Source of the DNA: an uncultured Acidobacteriota bacterium
GTDB taxonomy: Bacteria; Acidobacteriota; Thermoanaerobaculia; Multivoradales; UBA5704
Assembly: GCA_963770895.1 (NCBI GenBank)
Contig: CAVYRF010000001.1
Coordinates: 1,856,001 to 1,920,000, forward strand
DNA: 64,000 nucleotides
Reading direction: 5' to 3'
The translations under genes and the position numbers were made by a program. Within the stretch, counting starts at the first letter, position 1; each line of letters starts with the position of its first letter. This document shows, piece after piece, positions 37,271 to 53,459 of this stretch. The notes under the pieces were generated by a model, which saw nothing but the letters and a program-made list of their open reading frames with translations, searched no databases and was not told the DNA's origin.

Positions 37271-38224
37271 ATGTCCGCCGCCTCCGCCTTGCAGCCCCCG
37301 ACCCAGGCCGGTCTTGCGGAGCCGCCGCCGCCCAGACCGCCCGCACCGCCGGCGCCGCCGCCCGCCGGCGCCAGGGAGGTGTCGCGGGCGCCGCTGGTGG
37401 CGGTGGGGTTGGCGGCGTTCCTGGTGCTGCTCAAGGGGGTCGCTGCCTGGCTCACCGGGTCGCTCGCCGTGGGCGCCGCGGCCCTGGATTCGGCGGTGGA
37501 CGTGTTCGTGTCCAGCGCCTCCTTCTTTGTGCTGCGCGAAAGCGCCGTGCCTCCCGACGCCGACCACCCATACGGTCATGGGCGGTTCGAAAGCCTGGCC
37601 GAGCTGGGCCAGGGGCTGCTGCTGGCCGGCGCCGCCGTGGCGATGATCGTGTCCGGCATCCACCGGCTGGGCTCGCCCGCGCCGTCGCGCGACCTGCGCC
37701 TGGGCGTCGGCGTGCTGGCCGCTTCGATGCTGGCATCGTGGCTCACCAGCTGGCACCTGGGCCGCGCCGCCGCCAAGCTCGACAGCCCCGTGCTGCACGC
37801 CGACACGGTGCATTACCGCACCGACCTGTGGATCAACGCCGGCGCCCTGGCGGCGCTGCTCGTCGCGCACTGGGCCCACTGGCCCGCGGCCGATCCGCTG
37901 GCGGCGCTGCTGGTTTCGCTCGTCGTGCTGCGCGCCGCCGCCGTCTTGATCTCGGATTCCGTGGGCGACCTGTCGGACCGCGGTCTGCCGGCCGCCGAGC
38001 TGCGCCAGATCGAAACCATCGTCGCCGGCTTTGCGCCGGAAGTCGTCGGCCTCCACGGCCTGCGCACCCGCCGCAGCGGCAGCCGCCGCCTCATCGAGCT
38101 GCACCTGGAAGTGCCGCAGACCGTCTCCTTCGAGGAGGCCCACGCCCGCGGCGCCCGCGTCCGCAGGGCCATCGAAAGCCAGCTGGCGCGCTCGCGCGTC
38201 ATGGTGCACTGCGATCCCGTCTGA
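37271..38224 (+). CDS. Cation diffusion facilitator (FieF-like)
   Basis: LDSAVD (TM2), PPDADHPYGHGRFE, ADTVHYRTD (TM5), LRTRRSG, VHCDP. Confidence 0.9.
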   Translation: MSAASALQPPTQAGLAEPPPPRPPAPPAPPPAGAREVSRAPLVAVGLAAFLVLLKGVAAWLTGSLAVGAAALDSAVDVFVSSASFFVLRESAVPPDADHPYGHGRFESLAELGQGLLLAGAAVAMIVSGIHRLGSPAPSRDLRLGVGVLAASMLASWLTSWHLGRAAAKLDSPVLHADTVHYRTDLWINAGALAALLVAHWAHWPAADPLAALLVSLVVLRAAAVLISDSVGDLSDRGLPAAELRQIETIVAGFAPEVVGLHGLRTRRSGSRRLIELHLEVPQTVSFEEAHARGARVRRAIESQLARSRVMVHCDPV

Positions 38225-38260
38225 CGCCGCCGCGGACGCCGGTCCGGCGCTGCCGCGCCT

Positions 38261-39121
38261 TCAGCGGGGGAGCGCAGCGGCCAGGGCGCGGGCCAGCTGG
38301 CTGAGACTGTCGGCGGTGGCGTCCGAGGTCGCCCAGAACACCATGCCCGCCTGCGTCCAGCGCAGCAGCTGAAAGCCGCGCAGCGACGTGGCCACCGGCA
38401 TGCCGCCCGGCGCGCCGGCCGCGCCAGACGCAACGGTGTCGCCGGCCGCGCTGCCGGCGGGCCAGACGAAGACGCTCACCGTGTGGTGACCGGCCTGGTA
38501 CACCAGTGCCGCGACCGGGTGGCCGCCGACGTAATCCAGACGCCCGCCCAGCAGCGGGAACCCGGCGGCGGCAAGGTCCACCACCGGCGGCGAGTAGTCC
38601 AGGCGCCCGGTGTACCAGGGCTTCACCGTGTGGCGGTCGCTCGATGCCACGTCCGCGGCACGGCCGGACAGCAGCGCGCGCACGTGGCCGGCCACCACCT
38701 GCTCGGCGATCGGCGTCACCTGCGGCGGCTGCCCGCCGGCGGTGCCGCTGAGAGCGGCGGCGGCGGCCGCCGTCACGACGGGCGGCGCCGCTCCCGGCAC
38801 GATCGCCGACCAGCGGCGGCCCACCATCCACGAACCGACCGCCACCAGGACCAGCGCCGCCAGCATGCGCAGCCGGTGGGGCTCGACCAGGCGACCGAAC
38901 CGCGGCGGGCGCACCGCCCGCTGCATGCGGCGCGCCTGGCTCGGCGTCGGCCGGAACCGCAGGTCGGCGGCGCCGATCGCCTGCTGCAGAGCGCGCCGGG
39001 CGGCGAGCAGCCGCGCGCACTCGGCGCAGGTGGCGACGTGGTCCTCCAGCTCCAGGGCGCTGGACAGGTCGAGCTCGCCGTCCAGGTAGGCGTTGATCTG
39101 CAGCTCGCGCTGGCAGCTCAT
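38261..39121 (-). CDS. Transmembrane anti-sigma factor (zf-HC2/ZAS, PrtR-like)
   Basis: AYLDGEL...HVATCAEC, one TM helix, [18 protein letters not shown]. Confidence 0.9.
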   Translation of the reverse strand: MSCQRELQINAYLDGELDLSSALELEDHVATCAECARLLAARRALQQAIGAADLRFRPTPSQARRMQRAVRPPRFGRLVEPHRLRMLAALVLVAVGSWMVGRRWSAIVPGAAPPVVTAAAAAALSGTAGGQPPQVTPIAEQVVAGHVRALLSGRAADVASSDRHTVKPWYTGRLDYSPPVVDLAAAGFPLLGGRLDYVGGHPVAALVYQAGHHTVSVFVWPAGSAAGDTVASGAAGAPGGMPVATSLRGFQLLRWTQAGMVFWATSDATADSLSQLARALAAALPR

Positions 39122-39657
39122 GGTCGGCTCCCGCCCACGCCGTGGGCAATCAGGTAATCCTGCAGGTGCCGGCGGGCGCGCGCCAGGCGCGACATCACGG
39201 TGCCGATCGGCACCTCGCCGATGGCGGCGATCTCCTTGTAAGAAAGCCCTTCCAGCTCGCGCAGCACGATCACCTCACGAAACGCCACCGGCAGCGCCGC
39301 GATCGCCTCGCGCAGCAGCGCCGCGTCGGCGTGGCGCAGCAGCTCCGCCTCGGGGTCGGGGCCGGTCTGGTCGGCGCTGTGCAGCTCCTCGTCGAACGGG
39401 TCCGCCTGCGGCCGGGTGCGGTGCTGGTCGAGCCAGCTGTAAAACGTGTTGCGCACGATGGCGAGCAGCCAGCCGCGCGGATTGGCGCCGGCAAAGCCGT
39501 CAAACGAGCGCAGCGCGCGCAGGCAGGCCGTCTGCACCACGTCCTCGGCCTGTTCGGCGCTGCGCGTCAGCCACCGCGCCAGGTTGTAGGCGGTGTCCAG
39601 GTGCGGCACGATGGCCGCCTCGAAGCGGCGGCGTCTGCGGTCCTCGTCCAAGGTCAT
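39118..39657 (-). CDS. ECF RNA polymerase sigma factor
   Basis: [46 protein letters not shown]; start set at MTLDED; overlaps the anti-sigma start. Confidence 0.92.
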   Translation of the reverse strand: MTLDEDRRRRRFEAAIVPHLDTAYNLARWLTRSAEQAEDVVQTACLRALRSFDGFAGANPRGWLLAIVRNTFYSWLDQHRTRPQADPFDEELHSADQTGPDPEAELLRHADAALLREAIAALPVAFREVIVLRELEGLSYKEIAAIGEVPIGTVMSRLARARRHLQDYLIAHGVGGSRP

Positions 39658-39764
39658 CGAAGTTCCCGGCCCGGCAACCGCCGCGGCGGCCGGCTGTGCG
39701 ACCTCCCGGCTGTGCGGCGCGCCGCTCAGCCACGCGATCTGGCAAGCCATCGAGCCCGACTCCG

Positions 39765-40175
39765 TCAAAGATACCAGCGCAGCACCGCCGCCGACGAGAG
39801 CGCGACGACCGCCAAGGCAAGGCTGCCACTCCAGGCCGCGGTGCGCCAAACCGCCGGCCAGGAGCGGCCGCGCCACAGCGCCGCCGCACCGATGCCCAAC
39901 CCGACCACGGTACAGCTCACCTTGATCACCAGCGCCGCCAGGGCGACGCCGGTCACCTCCGGCAGCGCACCCTTGAAGCCATAGCTGGTCAGCGCGAAGC
40001 CGGCGCCGGTCGCCGCCTGCAACCCCCAGGCGGCCAGGGTCACCAGCGCCAGCCGGCGCTGTGCGAGCGCGCCGCCGCAGGCAGGGACCAGGGCGAGCGC
40101 GGGTCCGCCGACGACCCCCGCCGCGCCCAGGTTGTGGGCCATCTGCACCAACGTGTAGACGAGCTCAGCGGTCAT
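39765..40175 (-). CDS. Hypothetical four-TM membrane protein
   Basis: VQMAHNLGA, four hydrophobic segments, ends AAVLRWYL; co-oriented in the ECF operon. Confidence 0.7.
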   Translation of the reverse strand: MTAELVYTLVQMAHNLGAAGVVGGPALALVPACGGALAQRRLALVTLAAWGLQAATGAGFALTSYGFKGALPEVTGVALAALVIKVSCTVVGLGIGAAALWRGRSWPAVWRTAAWSGSLALAVVALSSAAVLRWYL

Positions 40176-40194
40176 GACGTGGCTCCCATCCGCC

Positions 40195-46040
<5,846 letters not shown>

Positions 46041-46046
46041 TCGCCC

Positions 46047-46292
46047 ATGGCCCGCGGCTGGGAAAGCAAGTCCGTCGAATCGCAAAAAGCCGACGCCGGC
46101 GCGGCGTCCGACCGCGGGCGGAGCCTGACGCCGCAGGAGCGCCAGCGCCACCTGCAGCTGCGTGACCGCCAGCTGTCGCGCCAGCTGGTGGTCAAAGAGC
46201 TGGCGACGACCGGCTCGGCCGTGCGCCGCACCGCCCTCGAACAGGCCCTGGCCTTCCTCGACGCAGAGATCGAAAAGCTCAGCGTGGTGTAG
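46047..46292 (+). CDS. Small hypothetical helical protein
   Basis: MARGWESKSVESQ...; coiled-coil-like composition; starts 6 nt after the OYE stop. Confidence 0.7.
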   Translation: MARGWESKSVESQKADAGAASDRGRSLTPQERQRHLQLRDRQLSRQLVVKELATTGSAVRRTALEQALAFLDAEIEKLSVV

Positions 46293-46475
46293 CCCCGCCG
46301 CCGATCCGGCCGACCGGCCGGCGCGGATCTGCCCACCTTCCCGGACGTTGCCGCCGTTCGCGGCGGCGCCCGGCGCCGCGGTGCAGGCCGCGGGCAGTGA
46401 GGAAATCTGGCGGCGCGTCCGTCTTCCTTGGTGACAGCCAGCAGAGCTCGTTTGTTGCTGCACAGAGGGAGAGTC

Positions 46476-48245
46476 ATGCGCTCAATCGTCTGGGTGATCC
46501 TGGGAAGTCTGCTGCTGGGGTTTGCCGGCGGCTGCACGCTGGTCAAGAGCTACCGGCGCGAGCCTTGCGAGTACGCGCGAACCATGGATGGCTATCAGCT
46601 TGCGATTGTCGAGTTCGACGACCACGGCGACTTCTGGAACTCCCGGCAGCTGGACGCGGCCGTCAACATGATCAAGGAAGCCAACAAGAGCCGTCGCGGC
46701 GCCCGAGTCCTGACGTTCGTCCATGGCTGGCATGACGATGCATCGCCGAAGAACGAGACTGGCAACGGCAACCTGCATTTTCTGGAACAGGAGCTGCACG
46801 CCCTCAGCGCCGCGACGGCCAAGGGCGAAGACAGGCCCGCGACCGTCGGCGTCTACCTGGCTTGGCGCGGCGACTCGACGCGATTTCCGGGTCCGTTCAG
46901 CTTCTACAATCGCCTGGAAGCGGCCGAACGCATCGCCGCCGGACCGGCGATCACCAAGACCCTGCTGTCCATCCTCACGGTGACGCGGACCAATCCGCTA
47001 TCCAGGAGCCTGGTCGTCGGACACTCCATGGGCGCGCTGATCCTGGAACGGACCATGATGAAGATCGTGATCGCGGATGAGGTGGCGGCGGAGTTCGACC
47101 CCACCAGGGCGATTGCCTGCCCCGCGGACCTGATCCTGCTCATCAATGCCGCTGCGCCAGCGCTGTATGCACGCAATTTCATCACCCTGCTGAAGGCTCA
47201 TACGGCTCCCATCAACCCGGAATACGGGCACGGCGACCTGGAACGACCGGTCGTCGTTGCGCTGACCTCGGCCGGTGACGGCGACACCGGCCGCTGGTTC
47301 CCGATCGGCATGACCATCGGCAGCTTTCTTGAAAGATTCCGCACCTACCACGACGGGTCCGGAGACGCTCCAGGCGAAGGGAAAGTCTACCGCCAGCAGT
47401 ACCTGTGGCAGCACACCGCCGAGCACACCAAGGAGCTGTGGAGCCATCGGGTGGAGGTGTCGACCGAAGCCGTGGAGGCTACCGCTGAACCATCGGTCCA
47501 GCCGTGCTTGCCGGAAGAATCCGGAACACATGACCTTTGCTTCCGCGTCACTGGGGATGGGCAACGGATCAAATTCAACTTTCGCAGGGTTGCCGACGGG
47601 AGCTTCAACGGTCAGTCCAACGGTCAGTCCAAGTACTGGATCATGGAAGTGCCGTCGCAGGTGCTGCCGGACCACAGCAAGATCTTCAATCAGCGAACGT
47701 TTGAGCGGATGTTGGGAGGGATTCTCACGGCTTTCAGCCTGGTGCCGCCGGAAAAGTACGTCAATTTGCAGCATTGCGTGTGGCATGACGGCATGCGCGT
47801 AGCCGGACCGGGGCAGCGCGAGCGTCTGCCCTACGAGCTGCGGTCAGAGTGCGTCAGGAACTGGGAAGCCGCCCCCACCGCGGAGTCGCCGGCCGCGTCG
47901 CAGCAGGTCGCCGGGCTCACGGACATCGACATCCAGCACGCCGTCAGCAATCTCAAGGTGCTCCTCGACAGCGACTACAAGCTGAAAGACCATCTCCAGC
48001 AGTTCATCGCCGTTACCGACGTCCCAAGCCTGCGACAGCGGCTCAAGGACGACCTGGACGGAGTGCGCCTGGACTACAGCGCCACGTTCGTCCACGACGC
48101 AAACGCCAGGAACCTCCTGGCCGCACTGGACGATTGCGAGCTGCGCGGCCGGTTCGAAGATCTCCTGAGTCTGCCGGAGGATCAAAGGACTCCCTGCGCC
48201 CCGGTTCCGGCTCCGACCCTGCCGCCGGTTCCCTCGGCGGGTTGA
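46476..48245 (+). CDS. Lipoprotein with alpha/beta hydrolase (esterase-like) domain
   Basis: Start MRSIVW after GGGAGAG; lipobox-like FAGGC; VEFDD, FVHGWH, GHSMG nucleophile elbow. Confidence 0.75.
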   Translation: MRSIVWVILGSLLLGFAGGCTLVKSYRREPCEYARTMDGYQLAIVEFDDHGDFWNSRQLDAAVNMIKEANKSRRGARVLTFVHGWHDDASPKNETGNGNLHFLEQELHALSAATAKGEDRPATVGVYLAWRGDSTRFPGPFSFYNRLEAAERIAAGPAITKTLLSILTVTRTNPLSRSLVVGHSMGALILERTMMKIVIADEVAAEFDPTRAIACPADLILLINAAAPALYARNFITLLKAHTAPINPEYGHGDLERPVVVALTSAGDGDTGRWFPIGMTIGSFLERFRTYHDGSGDAPGEGKVYRQQYLWQHTAEHTKELWSHRVEVSTEAVEATAEPSVQPCLPEESGTHDLCFRVTGDGQRIKFNFRRVADGSFNGQSNGQSKYWIMEVPSQVLPDHSKIFNQRTFERMLGGILTAFSLVPPEKYVNLQHCVWHDGMRVAGPGQRERLPYELRSECVRNWEAAPTAESPAASQQVAGLTDIDIQHAVSNLKVLLDSDYKLKDHLQQFIAVTDVPSLRQRLKDDLDGVRLDYSATFVHDANARNLLAALDDCELRGRFEDLLSLPEDQRTPCAPVPAPTLPPVPSAG

Positions 48246-48289
48246 GGGCGCAAGGGCGACCGCCAGTCCAGCTTCGATCTACGGCTTGG

Positions 48290-51200
48290 CTAGCGAGCCG
48301 CGGCGGGAGTCGCCGGCGGCTCGCCGCCCTGGTGGGCGACCGCGCGGTGGAGCAGCTGGGCCAGGTGGACGGCGTCGCGGCCGGCGCCCTGGGCGATCTG
48401 CTCGCGGCAGCTGAAGCCGTTGGCGACGATCCAGGTGTCGGCCGGGGCCTGGCGCACGGCGGGGAGCAGGGCGCGCTCGGCGCAGGCCTGGGACACCTGG
48501 TAGTGCTCGCCGCGGTGGAAGCCGAAGGCGCCGGCCATGCCGCAGCAGCCGGCGTCGAGGACCTGGACGTCCAGGCCCAGGGCGGTCAGGATCCGGACTT
48601 CGGCGTCGGCATCCAGGACGGCGCGGTGATGGCAGTGCATCTGCACCAGCGCGGGGCGGCGGTCGGATGGCGCCAGCGCCGGCGGCTGCCAGCCGGCGGG
48701 CGCGGCGCGCGCCAGGTACTCGCTGAGCAGGAAGGACTGGCGGGCCAGGCGCTGGGCGTCCGGATCGTCGGGCAGCTGGCGCGCCAGCTCGTCGCGGAAG
48801 ACGGCCAGGCACGAAGGTTCCAGGCCGACCAGCGGCGTGCCGGCGCGGATCTCGTCGCGCAGGGCGGCGAGGATGCGCCGCAGCTGGCGGCGGGCCAGGC
48901 TCAGCATGCCGTAGTCGTAGAGCGGCCGGCCGCAGCACAGCGGCACGTCCGGCACCACCACCTGTGCGCCGGCCGCCTCCAGCACCGCGACCGCCGCCTG
49001 GGCGACCTGGGGATGAAAGTAGTTGTTGAACGTGTCGGGCCACAGCACGACCCGCGGCGCGGCGCCCGGTCCCACGCCGCCGGCCTGCGGCGGCCGGTGC
49101 CTCTGCCGGGCGCGCCACCAGGCGGTGAAGGTCTGCGCGGCGAAGCGGGGGACCTGCCGCTCGGGCGCCATGCCGGCGGCGGCCTTGGCCAGGGCGGCCA
49201 GACCCGGCGCGTGGGTCGCCAGGTTGACCAGCGGCGCGACCGGCGCGGCCAGGCGCGCCCACCAGTGGATCAGGCCGAAGGCGTAGGCGGCGCGCGGCCG
49301 CGGGCGGCCTTTGTAATACTGGCTGAGGAACTCCGCCTTGTAGGCTGCCATGTCCACCTGCACCGGGCATTCGCTCTTGCAGGCCTTGCACGCCAGGCAC
49401 AGGTCGAGCGCCTCCTTGACGGCCGGGTCGCGGAAGCCGGCCCGCCCGATGACCTCCCGCTCCAGCATCTCGAAGAGCAGGCGGGCGCGGCCGCGGGTCG
49501 AGTGCTTCTCTTCCAGCGTCGCCTGGTAGCTGGGGCACATGACGCCGCCCTGCGGCGCCGGGCGCCGGCACTTGCCGACGCCGACGCAGCGCAGCGTCGA
49601 GCGCGCGAAGCTGCCTTCGTCTTCGGGGAAGTGCAGGTGCGTCGGCGGCTCCCACGGACGATAGTCGAGCCCCAGGCGCAGGTTCTGGTCGGGGCCGAAG
49701 GGGTGCACCACCTTGCCGGGGTTCATCCGCAATTGCGGGTCCCACAGCGCCTTGAACTCCTCGAAGGCGCCGACCAGTTGAGCGCCGAACATCTTGGGCA
49801 AGAGCGATGCGCGCGCCTGCCCGTCGCCGTGCTCGCCCGACAGCGACCCGCCGTAGCGCACCACCAGGTCGGCGGCCTGGTCCAGGAAGGCCAGGTAGCG
49901 GTCGATGCCCTGGCGGCTCGCAAAATCGAAGTCGATGCGCGTGTGGATGCAGCCCTGGCCGAAGTGGCCGTAGAGCGAGCAGCTGTAGCCGTGGTGCTCG
50001 ACCAGGCGGCGGAAGTCGCGCAGGTAGCCGCCCAGCCGGTCCGGCGGCACCGCCGCGTCTTCCCACCCCTCCCAGGCGTCGCGCATGCCCGGCACGAAGG
50101 AGGTGGCGCCCAGGCCGGATTCGCGCACCTCCCAGATCCTGGCGGCGTCGCGCGGATCGGCGATCACCTGGACCGCCGGCGCGGCGGGCTGGCGCGCGAG
50201 CGCCGCCGCCATGCGCCGGGCGGCGTCCGCGGCCTCCTGCTGGGTGGCGCCACCCAGCTCGACCAGCAGCCAGCCGCCTCCCGGCGGCAGCAGCGCGACC
50301 CCGTCCGGGTGGAGGTTCTTGCGCGCCATGAAGGAGATCAACCGGTCGTCGAGCCCTTCGAGGCCGAGCGGCTGAAACGCCAGGATCTCGGGCACGTGGT
50401 CGCCGGCGGCGTAGACGTCGGGATAGCCGAGCACCACCAGGGTGCGAAACGGCGGGCTGGGCACCAGCCGCAGCCGCGCGCCCAGCACGGTGACGCAGGT
50501 GCTTTCGCTGCCCACCAAGGCGCGCGCCACGTGGAAGCCGTTTTCGGGCAGCAGCTGGTCCAGGTTGTAGCCCGACACGCGCCGCGGGATGGCCGGGAAG
50601 CGCTGACGGATCAGGTCGCCGAAGCGGTCGCGCAGCGAGCGCAGCCCGGCGTAGATCTGACCGCGCCGGCCGCCAAGGGCGACGATCCGCGCCAGCTCCG
50701 CTTCCGACGTGGCGCCCACCCGCAGGCGCAGCCCGTCGTAGGTCAGCACGTCGAGCTCCTCGACGTTGTCGACCGTCTTGCCCGCCATCAGCGCGTGCAC
50801 GCCGCAGGAGTTGTTGCCGATCATTCCCCCCAGCGTGCAGCGGCTGTGGCTGGCCGGGTCGGGGCCGAACGTCAGGCCGTGCCGCTCGGCCGCCTGGCGC
50901 AGCGTGTCGAGTACGATGCCCGGCTCGACCAGCGCTTCCCGCCGCGCGGCGTCGAGCGCCAGCAGGCCGTGCATGTACTTCGAGAAGTCGAGCACCACCG
51001 CCACGTTGCAACACTGCCCGGCCAGGCTGGTGCCGGCGCCGCGCGCCAGGACCGGCGCGTCGTGGCGGCGGCAGGCGGCCACCGTGGCGACCACGTCCTG
51101 GGCGCCGCGCGGCACCACCACCCCGATCGGCACCTGCCGGTAGTTGGACGAGTCGGTGGCATAGAGCGCCCTGCTGCCGGTGTCGAAGCGCACCTCGCCG

Positions 51201-51358
51201 GCGATCTCCGTCCGCAGCTCCGCCGCGAGCGCCGCCGCCGCCGCGAACGGCGCCGCCGGCACCCGCCGCCCCGAGCCGGGCGAGCGCAGCCGCTCGCCAG
51301 CCGCGGCGGCGGCGGCCTGGTCCGGCGTTGTGGCGGCGGGCTGGCGGGTGGGAATCAT
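48290..51358 (-). CDS. FAD-linked oxidase with 4Fe-4S and CCG domains (YdiJ/GlcD-GlcF-like)
   Basis: LYATDSSNY, RGAGTSLAGQ, GGMIGNNSCG, GEHGDG, CVGVGKCR, CLACKACKSECP, CCGR, CCGMAG; start set at MIPTRQ. Confidence 0.92.
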   Translation of the reverse strand: MIPTRQPAATTPDQAAAAAAGERLRSPGSGRRVPAAPFAAAAALAAELRTEIAGEVRFDTGSRALYATDSSNYRQVPIGVVVPRGAQDVVATVAACRRHDAPVLARGAGTSLAGQCCNVAVVLDFSKYMHGLLALDAARREALVEPGIVLDTLRQAAERHGLTFGPDPASHSRCTLGGMIGNNSCGVHALMAGKTVDNVEELDVLTYDGLRLRVGATSEAELARIVALGGRRGQIYAGLRSLRDRFGDLIRQRFPAIPRRVSGYNLDQLLPENGFHVARALVGSESTCVTVLGARLRLVPSPPFRTLVVLGYPDVYAAGDHVPEILAFQPLGLEGLDDRLISFMARKNLHPDGVALLPPGGGWLLVELGGATQQEAADAARRMAAALARQPAAPAVQVIADPRDAARIWEVRESGLGATSFVPGMRDAWEGWEDAAVPPDRLGGYLRDFRRLVEHHGYSCSLYGHFGQGCIHTRIDFDFASRQGIDRYLAFLDQAADLVVRYGGSLSGEHGDGQARASLLPKMFGAQLVGAFEEFKALWDPQLRMNPGKVVHPFGPDQNLRLGLDYRPWEPPTHLHFPEDEGSFARSTLRCVGVGKCRRPAPQGGVMCPSYQATLEEKHSTRGRARLLFEMLEREVIGRAGFRDPAVKEALDLCLACKACKSECPVQVDMAAYKAEFLSQYYKGRPRPRAAYAFGLIHWWARLAAPVAPLVNLATHAPGLAALAKAAAGMAPERQVPRFAAQTFTAWWRARQRHRPPQAGGVGPGAAPRVVLWPDTFNNYFHPQVAQAAVAVLEAAGAQVVVPDVPLCCGRPLYDYGMLSLARRQLRRILAALRDEIRAGTPLVGLEPSCLAVFRDELARQLPDDPDAQRLARQSFLLSEYLARAAPAGWQPPALAPSDRRPALVQMHCHHRAVLDADAEVRILTALGLDVQVLDAGCCGMAGAFGFHRGEHYQVSQACAERALLPAVRQAPADTWIVANGFSCREQIAQGAGRDAVHLAQLLHRAVAHQGGEPPATPAAAR

Positions 51359-51464
51359 GGCTGGCCAGCCGAGTATCGCAGATCGGCTCGGCCGCCACGA
51401 GCGCGCTGCCGCCGGCACTGCGGATGGGGCCGGTTCGAGGTGGAGGACGGCGCCGCGGGGCGGG

Positions 51465-51740
51465 CTAATCGGACTCAGCGCAGCAGGTCGTCAGGGTGGC
51501 GTAGTAGACGGTCTTTTCGCCGGTGCACGAGGGGGTCGGGCAGGTGAAGCACCGGCCCACCACCTTCGTGTGGGTCGCGTCGCTCCAATAGAACGTGTCG
51601 TAGGCCGTTTGATCGCCCGGCGGGCAGATGATCGCGGAGGCTATGGGCGGCGCACCCAGGAACAGCGCCATGGTGGTCAACAGGACGGTGAGGGTGAGCA
51701 GGATGAGGCTGCTGCGGTTGAAACCAGACCGTCGCGGCAT
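51465..51740 (-). CDS. Small secreted six-cysteine peptide (DUF6289-like)
   Basis: C-terminal end of track ORF 51465..53021; AAGGAG before ATG 51740; signal peptide ending ASA; mature IICPPGDQTAYDTFYWSDATHTKVVGRCFTCPTPSCTGEKTVYYATLTTCCAESD. Confidence 0.75.
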   Translation of the reverse strand: MPRRSGFNRSSLILLTLTVLLTTMALFLGAPPIASAIICPPGDQTAYDTFYWSDATHTKVVGRCFTCPTPSCTGEKTVYYATLTTCCAESD

Positions 51741-52048
51741 GCAGATCTCCTTTTCATGAAAATAATGCAGTTGCGCATTCGATAGGAGATGTGCCGAGAC
51801 CGATTTCAGGTGGGACAGGCGCCGCGCGCCCAGCCGGGAGCGCGGAGGAATCGCCCCTTGCCCCGATCGCGACGCGCCTGGCGGCGCCTGCGCAATCGGG
51901 CCAGGGGAGCGGGCGAGGCGTCTTGCCACGCATTGAGGGTGTGCAGCGATGATGGCGCCGCCTCGCAGAGGCTGAGGGCTGCGAGGGCCTCGCGCTTCAC
52001 GCCCAGGAATCCCCCCGGATGCCGCCAATTTCTGCCTCGGGGTGCGTG

Positions 52049-53398
52049 CTAGTGCTCCGACTCCGGCGCCGCGTAGGGGTCGTCTTCGCTGGCGGTGCCG
52101 TGGCGCAGCGTTTCGTAGTAGATGGATTGCGGGCGGATGGCGCGGGAGACGTGGTAGGCGGCCAGGCAGGCCAGCATCAGGGCGGGGACCAGCTGATATT
52201 CCAGGGTCATTTCGAAAACGATCAGGAAGGACATCAGGGGGGCGTGGGTGGTGGCGGCCAGGAAGGCGCCCATGCCGATGACCGCGTAGACCGTGGCCAG
52301 CGACGCGGCCGGCCAGAGCGCGTGGGCGCCGGTGCCGGCCAGCACGCCCAGCATGGCGCCGACGAAGATGGTGGGAGTGAAGACGCCGCCGATGGCGCCC
52401 GAGCCGGAGGTGGCGGCGGTGGCGAAGACCTTGGCGATCAGGATGGCGACGACCGCCGTCGCCGGCCAGGGCGCCTGCAGCACGCTGTTGACCACGCCGT
52501 AGCCGTTGCCCCACACCTGCGGCAGCCAGATCGAGATGGCGCCGACGATCAGCCCCCCCAGCGCCAGCTTGACCGGCAGGGGGAGCGGGACGCGGGCGGC
52601 CAGCCGGCGCGCGCCGTCCAGGGTTTCCATGAAGAGCGGCGCCAGCGCGCCCAGCAGCAGCCCCATCAGCAGAAACAGCGGCAGCTCCCACAGCGACGCC
52701 ACGTGCAGCGGCGGAATCTTGTAGACCGGCTCGTAGCCCAGCACCTGGTGGACGGTGACGTTGGCGGTGACCGAGGCCACCATCAACGGCCCCAGGCGGC
52801 GGATCGCCAGGGTGCCGTAGACGATCTCGGCGATGAAGATCGCGCCGGACAGCGCGGCGTCGTAGGCCGAGGCGAAGCCCGCCGCGGCGCCGCAGGCGAG
52901 CAGCAGGCGCAGGTCGTCGCCGGTGAAGCGGCCCAGCTGGCCGATCCACGATCCGGAGGCCGCCGCCAGCTGTACCATCGCGCCCTCGCGCCCGATCGAA
53001 CCGCCCGAGCAGATCGTGCACAGCGACGAGATGCTGCGCAGCAGGGTGCCGCGCACGTTTTCACGGCCGTCGCCGACGGCGATGGCCTCCAGGTAGTCCG
53101 ACGGCTTCTTGCCCTTGGTGAGCCGCCGCGCCCACTCCAGAAACACGCCGGCCGCGATGCCGCCGAGCGCCGGCGTGATGGCGCGGCGCCACGCCGGCAG
53201 CGCCTCGGCGGCCGCCTCCAGGCTGCCGGGATGCCCGGTGGCGACGTGCTCCGCCGCCCCCATCCCCAGGTGGAACACCACCGTTGCCAGGGCCCCGGCG
53301 ACCCCGATCAGCGCCGCCCACAGCAGCAGCCACCGGTCGTCGCCGTGGTAGCCCGGATGCGGCGCGGGCGAGGGCGCCGGCTGGCCGCTGGTGTCCAC
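52049..53398 (-). CDS. clcB: CLC family chloride channel/transporter, ClcB-like
   Basis: SDYLEAI (ClcB-type), GGSIGREGAMVQL, CGAAAG, GSGAIGGVFTPT, HAPLMS..IVFEMT. Confidence 0.88.
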   Translation of the reverse strand: MDTSGQPAPSPAPHPGYHGDDRWLLLWAALIGVAGALATVVFHLGMGAAEHVATGHPGSLEAAAEALPAWRRAITPALGGIAAGVFLEWARRLTKGKKPSDYLEAIAVGDGRENVRGTLLRSISSLCTICSGGSIGREGAMVQLAAASGSWIGQLGRFTGDDLRLLLACGAAAGFASAYDAALSGAIFIAEIVYGTLAIRRLGPLMVASVTANVTVHQVLGYEPVYKIPPLHVASLWELPLFLLMGLLLGALAPLFMETLDGARRLAARVPLPLPVKLALGGLIVGAISIWLPQVWGNGYGVVNSVLQAPWPATAVVAILIAKVFATAATSGSGAIGGVFTPTIFVGAMLGVLAGTGAHALWPAASLATVYAVIGMGAFLAATTHAPLMSFLIVFEMTLEYQLVPALMLACLAAYHVSRAIRPQSIYYETLRHGTASEDDPYAAPESEH

Positions 53399-53459
53399 GG
53401 CGGCAGTCTAGTCGATGACCCCCAACGCCAGGCGGGCCGCAGTCGTAGATAATGCAAGG

